DNA of 64,000 nt from the NCBI RefSeq assembly GCF_039654945.1, contig NW_027361869.1, positions 1,302,001-1,366,000 on the forward strand. Reading direction: 5' to 3'. This stretch comes from Dendrobates tinctorius (lineage: Eukaryota). Below the pieces are notes generated by a model. The model ran no database searches and was not told where the DNA came from. It saw nothing but the letters and a program-made list of their open reading frames with translations. Made by a program: the position numbers and the translations under genes. This document shows, piece after piece, positions 11,015 to 23,263 of the stretch. Position 1 is the stretch's first letter, and each line of letters begins with the position of its first letter.

Positions 11015-11160
11015 ACTATTATACCCCGGACACGAGTCACAAAGAACTCATATTTCCAGTTCTACCAGATAAAAATGAAAGCAAAATATGCAGATGTGAC
11101 CACACAGCAGGAAATGCAGTCGTGTCTCATAAATATGAGGTTTACGGCTTTTACTTCCGT
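11015..11160 (-). promoter_or_regulatory. Putative proximal promoter of the TRIM-like gene, with IRF/ISRE-like and ETS motifs
   Basis: AAAATGAAAGCAAAA (11072-11086); ETS cores AGGAAAT (~11109) and ACTTCCG (~11153); TATAATAG on the minus strand (~11016-11023). Confidence 0.35.
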
Positions 11161-11409
11161 TAGTGTGCTACATTATGCAGCCAAAAATCTCTCCCGACAG
11201 GTCTGCTTCAATAAGTGATTTTAGCAGCAATGAATACAAGCAGCGTCGGACTGGAACACCTTGGGCCCACCAGAGAAAATCATTCTTGGGGCCCACTATG
11301 TAGCTGCATAGAGTTAAATACCAGACCACCAATTGTGCGGTAAAACACACTAATATCCGGGTATAATATAAGGTTGTACATGTCTTAATTATGTAGCAGG
11401 AGTTGGGGT

Positions 11410-11975
11410 AGCCCCCTCATAGACTATAAAGCAGCCCCCTCATAGACTATAATGCAGCCATCTCATAGAATATAATACTGCCCCCCTCATAGAATATAAT
11501 ACTGCCCCCCTCATAGGGTATAATACTGCCCCCCTCATAGGGTATAATGATAGTGTATAATGCACCCCCTCATAGGGTATAATGATAGGGTATAATGATA
11601 GGGTATAATGCACCCCCTCATAGGGAATAATGCAACCCCTCATAGGGTATAATGATAGGGTATAATGATAGGGTATAATGCACCCCCTCATAGGGAATAA
11701 TGCACCCCCTCATAGGGAATAATGCACCCCCTCATAGGGTATAATGATAGGGTATAATGATAGGGTATAATGATAGGGTATAATGATAGGGTATAATGCA
11801 CCCCCTCATAGGGAATAATGCACCCCCTCATAGGGTATAATACTGCCCCCCTCATAGGGTATAATACTGCCCCCCTCATAGGGAATAAGGCACCCCCTCA
11901 TAGGGTATACTGCCCCCCTCATAGGGTATACTGCCCCCCTCATAGGGTATACTGCCCCCCTCATAGGGTATAATG
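11410..11975. repeat. Minisatellite (ccccctcatagggtataat.. ~23-26-bp units with 13-bp gatagggtataat subunits)
   Basis: Directly visible tandem units. Confidence 0.95.
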
Positions 11976-14900
11976 CTATAAAGATATATAGTGTTAGATA
12001 GATATAGATAGAAAGATAGATGTAGAAATAGATAGATATAGAGATAGATAGAAAGATTCATAGAGATAGATAGATAATAGAGATAGATAATAGACAGAGA
12101 TATACAGATATAATAATAATAATATAGACATATATAGATAGATATAGAGATAAATATATATAGATGGCTATAAATAAAAATAGATATAGAGATATATAAA
12201 GATAATAGATATAGAGATAGAGACAGATAGATATAGAAAGATAGATATAGAGATAGATATAGAGATATGTATAGAGATATGTATAGAGATATGTATAGTT
12301 AGAAAGAAAGATAGATATAGAGAGATATAGAGATAGATAGAGATAGCTAGATAGATAAATGGATAGATAGAGATAATAGAGATAATAGATAGATATAGAG
12401 ATAGATGGATAGATCAATAGATAGATAAAGAGAGAGATAGATAGATAGAGAGATATAGAGAGATATAGAGATATGGTGTTAGATAGAAAGATAGATATAG
12501 AGATAGATAGATATGGATATAGAGATAACAGATAGATAGATATAGAGATAATATATAGATAGCTATAGAGAGAGATATAGAGATAAATAGGTAGGTAGAT
12601 AGAGATAATAGATAGATATAGAGATAGAGATAGATATAGAGAGAGAGATAGATACAGAGATCGATAAATAGATAGAGATAATAGATAGAGATAGATAGAT
12701 AATNNNNNNNNNNNNNNNNNNNNNNNNNNNNNNNNNNNNNNNNNNNNNNNNNNNNNNNNNNNNNNNNNNNNNNNNNNNNNNNNNNNNNNNNNNNNNNNNN
12801 NNNNNNNNNNNNNNNNNNNNNNNNNNNNNNNNNNNNNNNNNNNNNNNNNNNNNNNNNNNNTATAGAGATAAATATATAGATAGATGGCTATAAATAAAAA
12901 TAGATAGAGATATATAGAGATAATAGATATAGAGATAGATAGATATAGAGACAGATAGATATAGAAAGATAGAGATAATAGCTAGATATAGAGATATGTA
13001 TAGAGATAGATAGATATAGTTAGATAGATATAGAGAGATAGAGATAGATAGAGATAGCTAGATAGATAAATGGATAGATAGATAGAGATAATAGAGATAA
13101 TAGATAGATATAATAGATAGATGGATAGATCAATAGATAGATAAAGAGAGAGATAGAGATAGATAGATAATGAGCTATAGAGATAGATATAGAGATATGG
13201 TGTTAGATAGAAAGATAGATATAGAGATAGATAGATAGATATAGAGATAAATATATAGATAGATGGCTATAAATAAAAATAGATATAGAGATATATAGAG
13301 ATAATAGATAGATATAGAGACAGATAGATATAGAAAGATAGATATAGAGATATATATAGAGATAATAGCTAGATATAGAGATATGTATAGAGATAGATAG
13401 ATATAGTTAGATAGATATAGAGAGATATAGAGATAGATAGAGATAGCTAGATAGATAAATGGATAGATAGATAGAGATAATAGAGATAATAGATAGAGAT
13501 AATAGATAGATGGATAGATCAATAGATAGATAAAGAGAGAGATAGAGATAGATAGATAATGAGCTATAGAGATAGATATAGAGATAGATGGATAGATCAA
13601 TAGATAGATAAAGAGAGAGATAGAGATAGATAATGAGCTATAGAGATAGATATAGAGATATGGTGTTAGATAGAAAGATAGATATAGAGATAGATAGATA
13701 TAGAGATAGATATGGATATAGAGATAACAGATAGAGATAGATATAGAGATAATATATAGATAGCTATAGAGAGATATAGAGATAGATATAGAGAGAAACA
13801 GATATAGAGATAGATAGGTAGATAGATATAGAGATAATAGATAGATATAGAGATAGATAGATAGATATAGATATAAAGATAGATAGAGATAGAGAGAGCG
13901 GTAGATATAGAGAGAGATAGATACNNNNNNNNNNNNNNNNNNNNNNNNNNNNNNNNNNNNNNNNNNNNNNNNNNNNNNNNNNNNNNNNNNNNNNNNNNNN
14001 NNNNNNNNNNNNNNNNNNNNNNNNNNNNNNNNNNNNNNNNNNNNNNNNNNNNNNNNNNNNNNNNNNNNNNNNNNNNNNNNNNNNNNNNNNNNNNNNNNNN
14101 NNNNNNNNNNNNNNNNNNNNNNNNNNNNNNNNNNNNNNNNNNNNNNGAGATAAATATATAGATAGATGGCTATAAATAAAAATAGATAGAGATATATAGA
14201 GATAATAGATAGATATAGAGACAGATAGATATAGAGATATATATAGAGATAATAGCTAGATATAGAGATATGTATAGAGATAGATAGATATAGTTAGATA
14301 GATATAGAGAGATATAGAGATAGATAGAGATAGCTAGATAGATAAATGGATAGATAGATAGAGATAATAGATAGATATAATAGATCAATAGATAGATAAA
14401 GAGAGAGATAGAGATAGATAGATAGATAATGAGCTATAGAGATAGATATAGAGATATGGTGTTAGATAGAAAGATAGATATAGAGATAGATAGATATAGA
14501 GATAGATATGGATATAGAGATAACAGATAGATATAGAGATAGATATAGAGATAGATAGATATAGAGATAATATATAGATAGCTAGAGAGATATAGAGATA
14601 GATATAGAGAGAAACAGATATAGAGATAGATAGGTAGATAGATATAGAGATAATAGATAGATATAGAGATAGATAGATATAGATATAAAGATAGATAGAG
14701 ATAGAGAGCGGTAGAGATAGAGAGATAGATACAGAGATCGNNNNNNNNNNNNNNNNNNNNNNNNNNNNNNNNNNNNNNNNNNNNNNNNNNNNNNNNNNNN
14801 NNNNNNNNNNNNNNNNNNNNNNNNNNNNNNNNNNNNNNNNNNNNNNNNNNNNNNNNNNNNNNNNNNNNNNNNNNNNNNNNNNNNNNNNNNNNNNNNNNNN

Positions 14901-16622
14901 NNNNNNNNNNNNNNNNNNNNNNNNNNNNNNNNNNNNNNNNNNNNNNNNNNNNAATATATAGATAGATGGCTATAAATAAAAATAGATATAGAGATATATA
15001 GAGATAATAGATAGATATAGAGACAGATAGATATAGAAAGATAGATATAGAGATATATATATAGAGATAATAGCTAGATATAGAGATATGTATAGAGATA
15101 GATAGATATAGTTAGATAGATATAGAGAGATAGAGATAGATAGAGATAGCTAGATAGATAAATGGATAGATAGATAGAGATAATAGAGATAATAGATAGA
15201 GATAATAGATAGATGGATAGATCAATAGATAGATAAAGAGAGAGATAGAGATAGATAGATAATGAGCTATAGAGATAGATATAGAGATAGATATAGAGAT
15301 AGATGGATAGATCAATAGATAGATAAAGAGAGAGATAGAGATAGATAATGAGCTATAGAGATAGATATAGAGATATGGTGTTAGATAGAAAGATAGATAT
15401 AGAGATAGATATAGAGATAGATATGGATATAGAGATAATATATAGATAGCTATAGAGAGAGAGATATAGAGATAGATATAGAGAGAAACAGATATAGAGA
15501 TAGATAGGTAGATAGATATAGAGATAATAGATAGATATAGAGATAGATAGATATAGATATAGATATAAAGATAGATAGAGATAGAGAGCGGTAGATATAG
15601 AGAGAGATATAGAGAGAGAGATAGATACAGAGNNNNNNNNNNNNNNNNNNNNNNNNNNNNNNNNNNNNNNNNNNNNNNNNNNNNNNNNNNNNNNNNNNNN
15701 NNNNNNNNNNNNNNNNNNNNNNNNNNNNNNNNNNNNNNNNNNNNNNNNNNNNNNNNNNNNNNNNNNNNNNNNNNNNNNNNNNNNNNNNNNNNNNNNNNNT
15801 ATAATAATAATAATATAGACATATATAGATAGATATAGAGATAAATATATAGATAGATGGCTATAAATAAAAATAGATATAGAGATATAGAGATAATAGA
15901 TAGATATAGAGACAGATAGAGATAGAAAGATAGATATAGAGATATATATAGAGATAATAGCTAGATATAGAGATATGTATAGAGATAGATATAGAGAGAT
16001 AGAGATAGATAGAGATAGCTAGATAGATAAATGGATAGATAGAGATAATAGATATAATAGATAGATGGATAGATCAATAGATAGATAAAGAGAGAGATAG
16101 AGATAGATAGATAATGAGCTATAGAGATAGATATAGAGATATGGTGTTAGATAGAAAGATAGATATAGAGATAGATAGATACAGAGAAAAGATATAGAGA
16201 TAGATAGATACAGAGAAAAGATATAGAGATAGATAACGGATAGATAAATAGATAGATAGGTATAGAGATAGATAACGGATAGATAAATAGATAGGTATAG
16301 AGATAGATAGATATAGATAGAGATATATATATAGATAAAGATTGATAGATATAGATGGTAGCTAGATAGATAATAAATATAGAGATAATAGATATAGAGA
16401 TAGAGTAAGATAGATAGATATAGAGATGGATAGATAGATATAGAGATGGATAGATAGATAGAAAGATAGATATAAAGATAGAGCGATAGATAGATATAGA
16501 AATAGATAGATATAGATAATAGATAGAGATAGAAAGATAGATATAAGAGAGATAGAGAGAGATATATATATATATAGAGATAGATAGAGAGAGAGACAGC
16601 TAGAGAGAGCGAGAGAGATATA
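11976..16622. repeat. Degenerate (GATA/GA/TA)n simple-sequence array with higher-order structure, interrupted by four N gaps
   Basis: Marker motifs ggctataaataaaaa and atatggtgttag each recur six times. Gaps at ~12704-12860, 13925-14145, 14741-14952 and 15633-15799. Confidence 0.95.
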
Positions 16623-17570
16623 AAAAAACAAACCACAATACTCACCTCTCCTCGCTCCCACGCTGATCCCGGCTTCAGTGTCAGGAGCTGCCCCCTCTGC
16701 CAGACACACAGCGGGTGCGCGATGTAGTGACGTCATCGCGCACTGGCTGTGAGCCAGGAGCAGAGAGGACTGAGGGCAGCGCCTTACAGCTGTAGTCTGC
16801 AGAGCGGCTTACTGGGCTGGGGGCGGGGCCTCTGGGGGTGGAGACTGTGAAATGAGATTCACTGCTTCGCGGTGAATATTCATTTCTCTTTAGCAGCGGG
16901 GACAGGGGCTCCTGCGTCCTGACACCCGCTGCTGCTCCGCTGGCAGGGGCCCCCATAGCAGCTGCATGGTGTGCGACACACCACTGACTGGGGGCCCCTG
17001 GAGCAGCGGGGGCCCTAGGCAACTGCTGGCCCTGTATGCCTGCAGGTGCCAGGGCCCACCGGAGAATCCACCGGTTCCCCGGTGGGCCAGTCCGAAGCTG
17101 AATACAAGAAGTCTAGAGCAGTTTTTCTTTATAAGAGCATGTTCACACTTTTGCAACAAGATTTTGTGCAGATTTGCTGCAGATTAGCAACTTCCAGCAC
17201 AACCCCTTTAAGTGCATGTGACTGCTAGAGCCCCTGATTAGCGGAATGTGGCGAAACCAGCATGGAAGTCCTGCTAGGAGTGTAGAAATCCATAGAGAAG
17301 GAGTATATTATTCTATATTTTCTACTTTTTTTTTTTTTTTTTTTTTTTTATTATTAATTCTCTACATCTGCAGCAGATCTGTAACAAAAGTGAATTTTTC
17401 TGCAAATGCAAAATACTTATGTCTATAGGAAAGATGGCAAATTGAAAACGACATGCACAAAAAAAAAAAAAAAAAAAAAAAAAAAACACCCCACCAGCAA
17501 AACTGACATTGATTGAAAAATCTGCAAAAACAGATCAAATTTGAGCCTTAAAACTAAAGCAGCACATAGA

Positions 17571-17607
<37 letters not shown>

Positions 17608-18126
17608 ATCCAGTTTGCCGGTACAAAAACTTGGACAGGAGTCAGTTCTCAGGGTTCCTGTTCACCACCTGAAGCAGAAGCAATTACCCCTTAAAAGTGG
17701 ATCTGTCAACAGATTTCTCCAATACAAAGTAATGCTAATACATTACTATTAGGTAGATCTCAGACCTGATGAGGCTGGTGTACTTACTTTGCAAAATACA
17801 TGTCAGAATAGTTGTAAGAGGTATTAAAATTAACATTTGATAACTGAAACATGCGACAACCAACGAATATGTAATAGTAACCCCCCAAAAATATTTAGAA
17901 AATAACGCCGAGATAATTTAGTAGAAAATATCTTTATTTCACAAAATCAGGTGGGTAACGACACGTTCTCAGTTTTATCTGACTCTCACGTCCTGTGGTT
18001 GAGCCATAACTAATAAGATACAGATTATATAGCAAAACCATCTGGCATCCAACACCATCCCAATCCCATGTGCCGGATATTGGATAATGCAGACGTATGA
18101 GGGTCTCCTTGTCAGCCATAAGAGGG

Positions 18127-18400
18127 TCACACGTCGGGCGATGACTGGAGGCTACTCTGAAATTTCTCCATTAGCAGCAGGCCACTCATGGCAAGACGTT
18201 GACAGTCTTCACTGGCGTCTGTCTCAATTAGATCTAAAAAAAAAAAAAGTAAGTACATCCAAGTTTATTTCATAGTTTCCAAACCACTAGGTTCAAATTG
18301 CATACCATAGAGATAAATTATTAAAAAATATAAAAATATATATCTCTTTCTGCATCTGCCACTAGGGGAAGCCAACTGTATACAGATTTTATTTTGTATA

Positions 18401-18455
<55 letters not shown>

Positions 18456-19299
18456 ATTTTTTTTTTTTATTTATTTAGTATTGATAGAAAGGAAGCAACA
18501 ACACAGAAAGAGATGGGCAGTGTGATTTGCGCCCCAGTCCAGACTTTTGTGGCAGGCAATTTTCACTTCTGCGCCCGTCAATCTTTCCCCAGCATCATGG
18601 GGGTGTCTAAATCTTACAATCTTACTATGACATTATAGGGTCTATTAAGTCCAAGAAGCAGCCAGGATTACCGGCACAGACGTAAAGACCACCTGTCATG
18701 GAGGATCGGACTGAATGTCTGACCGGGGCAGCGCGAATCCAACTGTATGGGATGCATCGAGACTTGCCGATGCTCTATGAGATTTTCTCATCCATCTCAC
18801 CTTCCAACCAGCGTTTCAGTTCCAGGACCTCTTCAGACATGTCGGTCATGATTCGCTCCCAGGGAACACTTAGAAGGATGGTGGAGACACAAAAGAGGAG
18901 ACCCTGTCTCACCGAGCTGTAAAACAAGACGTAAAATGAAGCCGATCACTTACAGGTGTATGCGTTGTGTATGGGCGATATACGGACTTAGTACGCACTT
19001 ACGGGTCAGTATGAAGGCGAAGGACCAAGACAAACTCCAGCAATGACTTCCCTATCTGAGGAGCAATCTGGGGAAACACAAGAGCAGGATGACTGCACCA
19101 GCCCCTCATATACACCTATACGAGCCGGATGTCACTCCCCTCAGCCCGCCCGTATCCCCCCACATAAGTCTACACTACCGTAGCATTAAAGGTCAGATGC
19201 ATCAGGATGCCCAGTGATTGAACTAGTCGTGCAAGGATCAGATGATCATCCCCAAGGAGGTCAAATGTCACAATGGGCCTTAAAAGAAGAAGAAAGAAG

Positions 19300-19331
<32 letters not shown>

Positions 19332-22300
19332 ATAAACTATATACCGCTGCAGCCAATCACTTGTCTAATGGTCATATGTTATATGAACAGGTGACGCTCA
19401 GAAGACAAGAGGGCAAAGTTCCACATCAAAGATGGCTCAAGGAAAAAAAGCTGCCAACAATCAAACTGCAGATCTTATTTTACAAGGCCTTAAAGAAGCA
19501 ATGTGTTTGGCTGCAGCGGTAATCAACTTTTTTCCTTGCACAAGTTTCCTTACTTATCGGACTGCACTTCAGCCAATGAAACAAAGTAAAAAAATCCGTA
19601 ACTTTTGGTGGAAAAATAAACATAAAACATACAATTTGTGTGGATAACTTACCTGTCATAATTCTGTATAAGTGGAAAGAAGAAGTGACCTACAACTGCA
19701 TGAAATCTGTTTGGTGTGGACACTGGGGTGGTACTTTTTTGACCCTACAATGAAAATAAAGACAGACCAGAACAATACACTGCACAACACTGAGTTATAA
19801 GCTTTTATTCTGAAGCCACCATTAGAGGAAGCTGCATACAGTATAGAGATAAGATTCTGCCTGCAGTCACCACTAGAGGGAGCTCCCTGTATACAGAGAT
19901 ACATGATAAGATCCTGTTTGCAGTCACCACTAGGGGGAGCTACCTGTATACAGAGATACACAAGATCCTGTCTGCAGTCACCACTAGGGGGAGCTCTGTG
20001 CATACAGAGACTGTGGATAAGATTTTGTCTGCAGTCATCACTAGGGGGAGCTCCATGTATACAGAGATACATGATAAGATACTGTCTGCAGTCATCACTA
20101 GGGGGAGCTCCATGTATACAGAGATACATGATAAGATACTGTCTGCAGTCATCACTAGGGGGAGCTCTCCGCATACAGAGATACAGGGTAAGATTATACC
20201 TGTCTGCAGTCACCACTAGGGGGAGCTCCTGTATACAGAGATTGAGGACAAGATCCTGTCTGCAGTGACCACTAGGTGGAGCTCTCCGCATACAGAGATA
20301 CAGGGCAAGATTATATGTGTCTGCAGTCACCACTAGGGGGAACTCTCTGCATAGACATTCAGGATAACTATCCCACACAATATTCATGTTGTATGCACCT
20401 TGGCGAAGCGTTTTGTCTTGCTTGCAATCCTCTCTTCTACAAGTTTCTTCCAGTCCACAGGTGCCTCGTCTTTCACATTCCTTTGTGTGCTAGTTGACGG
20501 CCGGACATCCCCCGTCGCTGCCTCTGGGACCTCCGCCAGCTCCCTAGCTGCAGTCACTAAAACCTGATGCAAGAGGAGAAGCCCCTGTCTAAATCCCGCC
20601 TACATCGCCACATTACCGCTGCAACCAATGTCTTTTGCATTGTTCCTAAGCATCGAAAATATCATGGAACTTTGCAAACTAAAATCGACTTTGGTTTTGA
20701 ACCTGCAGCTCCCATGCAGATCCATGCGTCTCCACGATAAACTACGTTAGATCCACCCTGCAGTCACACTGCCCCTCATCTGTAGGGGATAAATGGAAGG
20801 GAGTCAGACTGCAGGATCTGACGACACAGGGGTTTGTTTGTAGTCTGTCACCATGGAGATGTGACGACACAGGGGTTTGTTTGTAGTCTGTCACCATGGA
20901 GACACATCAGACTGCACAGGAGCTGTTGACACAGCGACAGAACAGCATAGGACGTACGTACATCTAATATATCTATCCGCTGTCGCAGGCTGTAGTTTAA
21001 GGAGTAGAATTCTCCGGTGAGATACTGAGACACCTGAAAGAAAAAAAAAAAAAAAAAAAAAGAAGAGGAAGGTTTAGTTGTATCAAGATGGCAGCTGCGG
21101 GGTTTTTCAGCAAGTTCTTAGGTGATAGAGCAACCCATCGTACCACCACGACTGCATGCGGACCACGCGGTCATAGACTGGCAATGGCTTTTAAAGGGGT
21201 CCAGAGGTGGATGGCGGCTGTACAGCACAGCTGGCAGGTGCCATGTGCGGAGAGGGCTCCGTCCCACTCATCAGCACCCCACGTAGGATGGCAGAAAGGG
21301 CTTGAAGGGGATTTTCCGGGCTGCACCAAAGCTTCCCGACTTCAGCCCATATATTAATGGATAAGTAAGGCGTGAAGACACTTACGGGTACAGGATCCAT
21401 AACCGTGACCGACACCATGGCTGCGTATCTCAGCTGTTGGAAATGTTCCACGCCGGGGCGGTCATTGAGGTGCAGGAGGATTTTGACAAGCTCGGTGCTG
21501 ACCTACCGGAGATGGAACCATTATTCTTCACCATGTTCCATACCTTCATGGTTGCGTTTCTCATTTTTCTTTTACGTCTTCTTCCACGGTCTCCATTTTT
21601 ACCTCTTTGGTAGCAGAAGGATTTGATCGAATCAATAAGGATACTGAGGCCATGGTTACCGCTAGTTTTTCCACATCTTCGGAAAGCAGCACTAAGGAAA
21701 TAGAAAATTATATTAAAAAAAAAAAAATATATCATAGCTAAACCTAGTTAATTTATGGTGCCAATAAAAAAAGTTTTTTAAGTTTATTAGAAAGTGTTTC
21801 TATTCTTCAGCACGTGCGAGATGTGTTTGCTGTCGGTGCATGACAACAACAGTCTTCGGCGAGTCCCTGCGGCTAAATGTCTTGCGCCTGTAGAACATGT
21901 TTCTTGAGAATGCCGAAGTCACGCGGTTAGCACTAGAGCATGCTTATATAACACCTTATCCCAGCACGTTCGCTCATCACTCGTCAGCACTTTCTTAATA
22001 GCGGGGAACAGACTCCTGGGACCATCATTAACCCTTAAGAAAATGCTGCACCTTCACAATTACCCCTTACCAGCCGCTGGCTGCAAGCGTCAGTGGTCCC
22101 CGAAGTCAGACCCCGACAATGAGAAAGTGATGTCATATCATAGCGATATAACATTAATTTTGAGGATAACAAAATATTTTTTTTTCTACCTCCGTGTGAT
22201 CACTCACCTTCCATACAGTCCCGGATATATGCTGGAATTTTGCTTTTCTTCAGCTCAGTGTCGGTGCTCATGTCATATGGAGACAGGTCATCATCACTGT

Positions 22301-22401
22301 CCAAAGAAATAAGGAGACAATGGTCAGAAAATAAAAGCTACAGCACAAAAATCAATGGAAGAAAAAAAAAATGGAGACCCAGTGGCGGGCTAAGATTTTA
22401 T

Positions 22402-22458
<57 letters not shown>

Positions 22459-23204
22459 GGTAGCACTGTCATTCAGGGTTGGGGAATTCTCCCTTGGCAG
22501 CCAAATAATCATGTCCAGCACAGGTTTCCCATAAAACCATAACAGTCCCTGCGGTTTATTATGCAGCATAAACCGTGACCAATAACATGGAGCTCATATC
22601 ACCAGCATAGCGTCCGTTACGCCTGTGGTCACACAGGGTCTCAATGTCCAGTACTCAGGCTCTTCAGCCTCAAAGTTCTCTCATCCGTCAGGGTTCCCTC
22701 ATGGCCGCCGCCGCTTACTGCAGACGTTCATTCCCTCTTGAGAACTATCAGACGCTGGCAGCCATCACTCCCAGCATTCACGTGCTGTCAGGCAGGAAAC
22801 TCCATATCCCAGCGGGACCTTCGACAACGGACCAACCGGGTCCCTGCACTCAATGTGACCTACCCTGGTCACCTTATATGGCCGTAGCCACGCCAACCGG
22901 GTCACATGGCTATGACCTCATCACAGGTCCTTCACACACTCACATAGCCTTTTACTACAGGCGGTTTCAGACACACCCCTGGGTGGATTTGTAGGTAGCT
23001 AGTCCAGCCCGTCTCTCCAGCTACCTGGAGACTTCTCCCTGACACAGCACCTCTGCAGTATCACTAATATAATGCCAAGATAGGACATTAATAGAACAAA
23101 ATCAAACATGATACAAGGGTATATTACCAATATAACACTACTACAGAAAATCATTGTGCAGTGCCAAAATAATGCTGCCATATAGTCTACATATACAACT
23201 ATAT

Positions 23205-23263
<59 letters not shown>

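Larger units (their letters stand above)
11241..17100. mobile_element. Non-autonomous hAT-type DNA transposon carrying internal satellite arrays
   Basis: TIRs CAGCGTCGGACTGG (11241-11254) and CCAGTCCGAAGCTG (17087-17100) match at 13/14 positions. Exact 8-bp TSD AATACAAG at 11233-11240 and 17101-17108. Subterminal GGGCCC repeats at both ends. Confidence 0.9.

Noticed and set aside
11440-16736. Many Y/L/S/I-rich ORFs
   Set aside because: Translations of minisatellite and (TATC)n arrays, some running through N gaps.
20820-20903. ~40-bp direct duplication
   Set aside because: Part of a small dispersed repeat (relatives near 32885 and 49650); no further structure.
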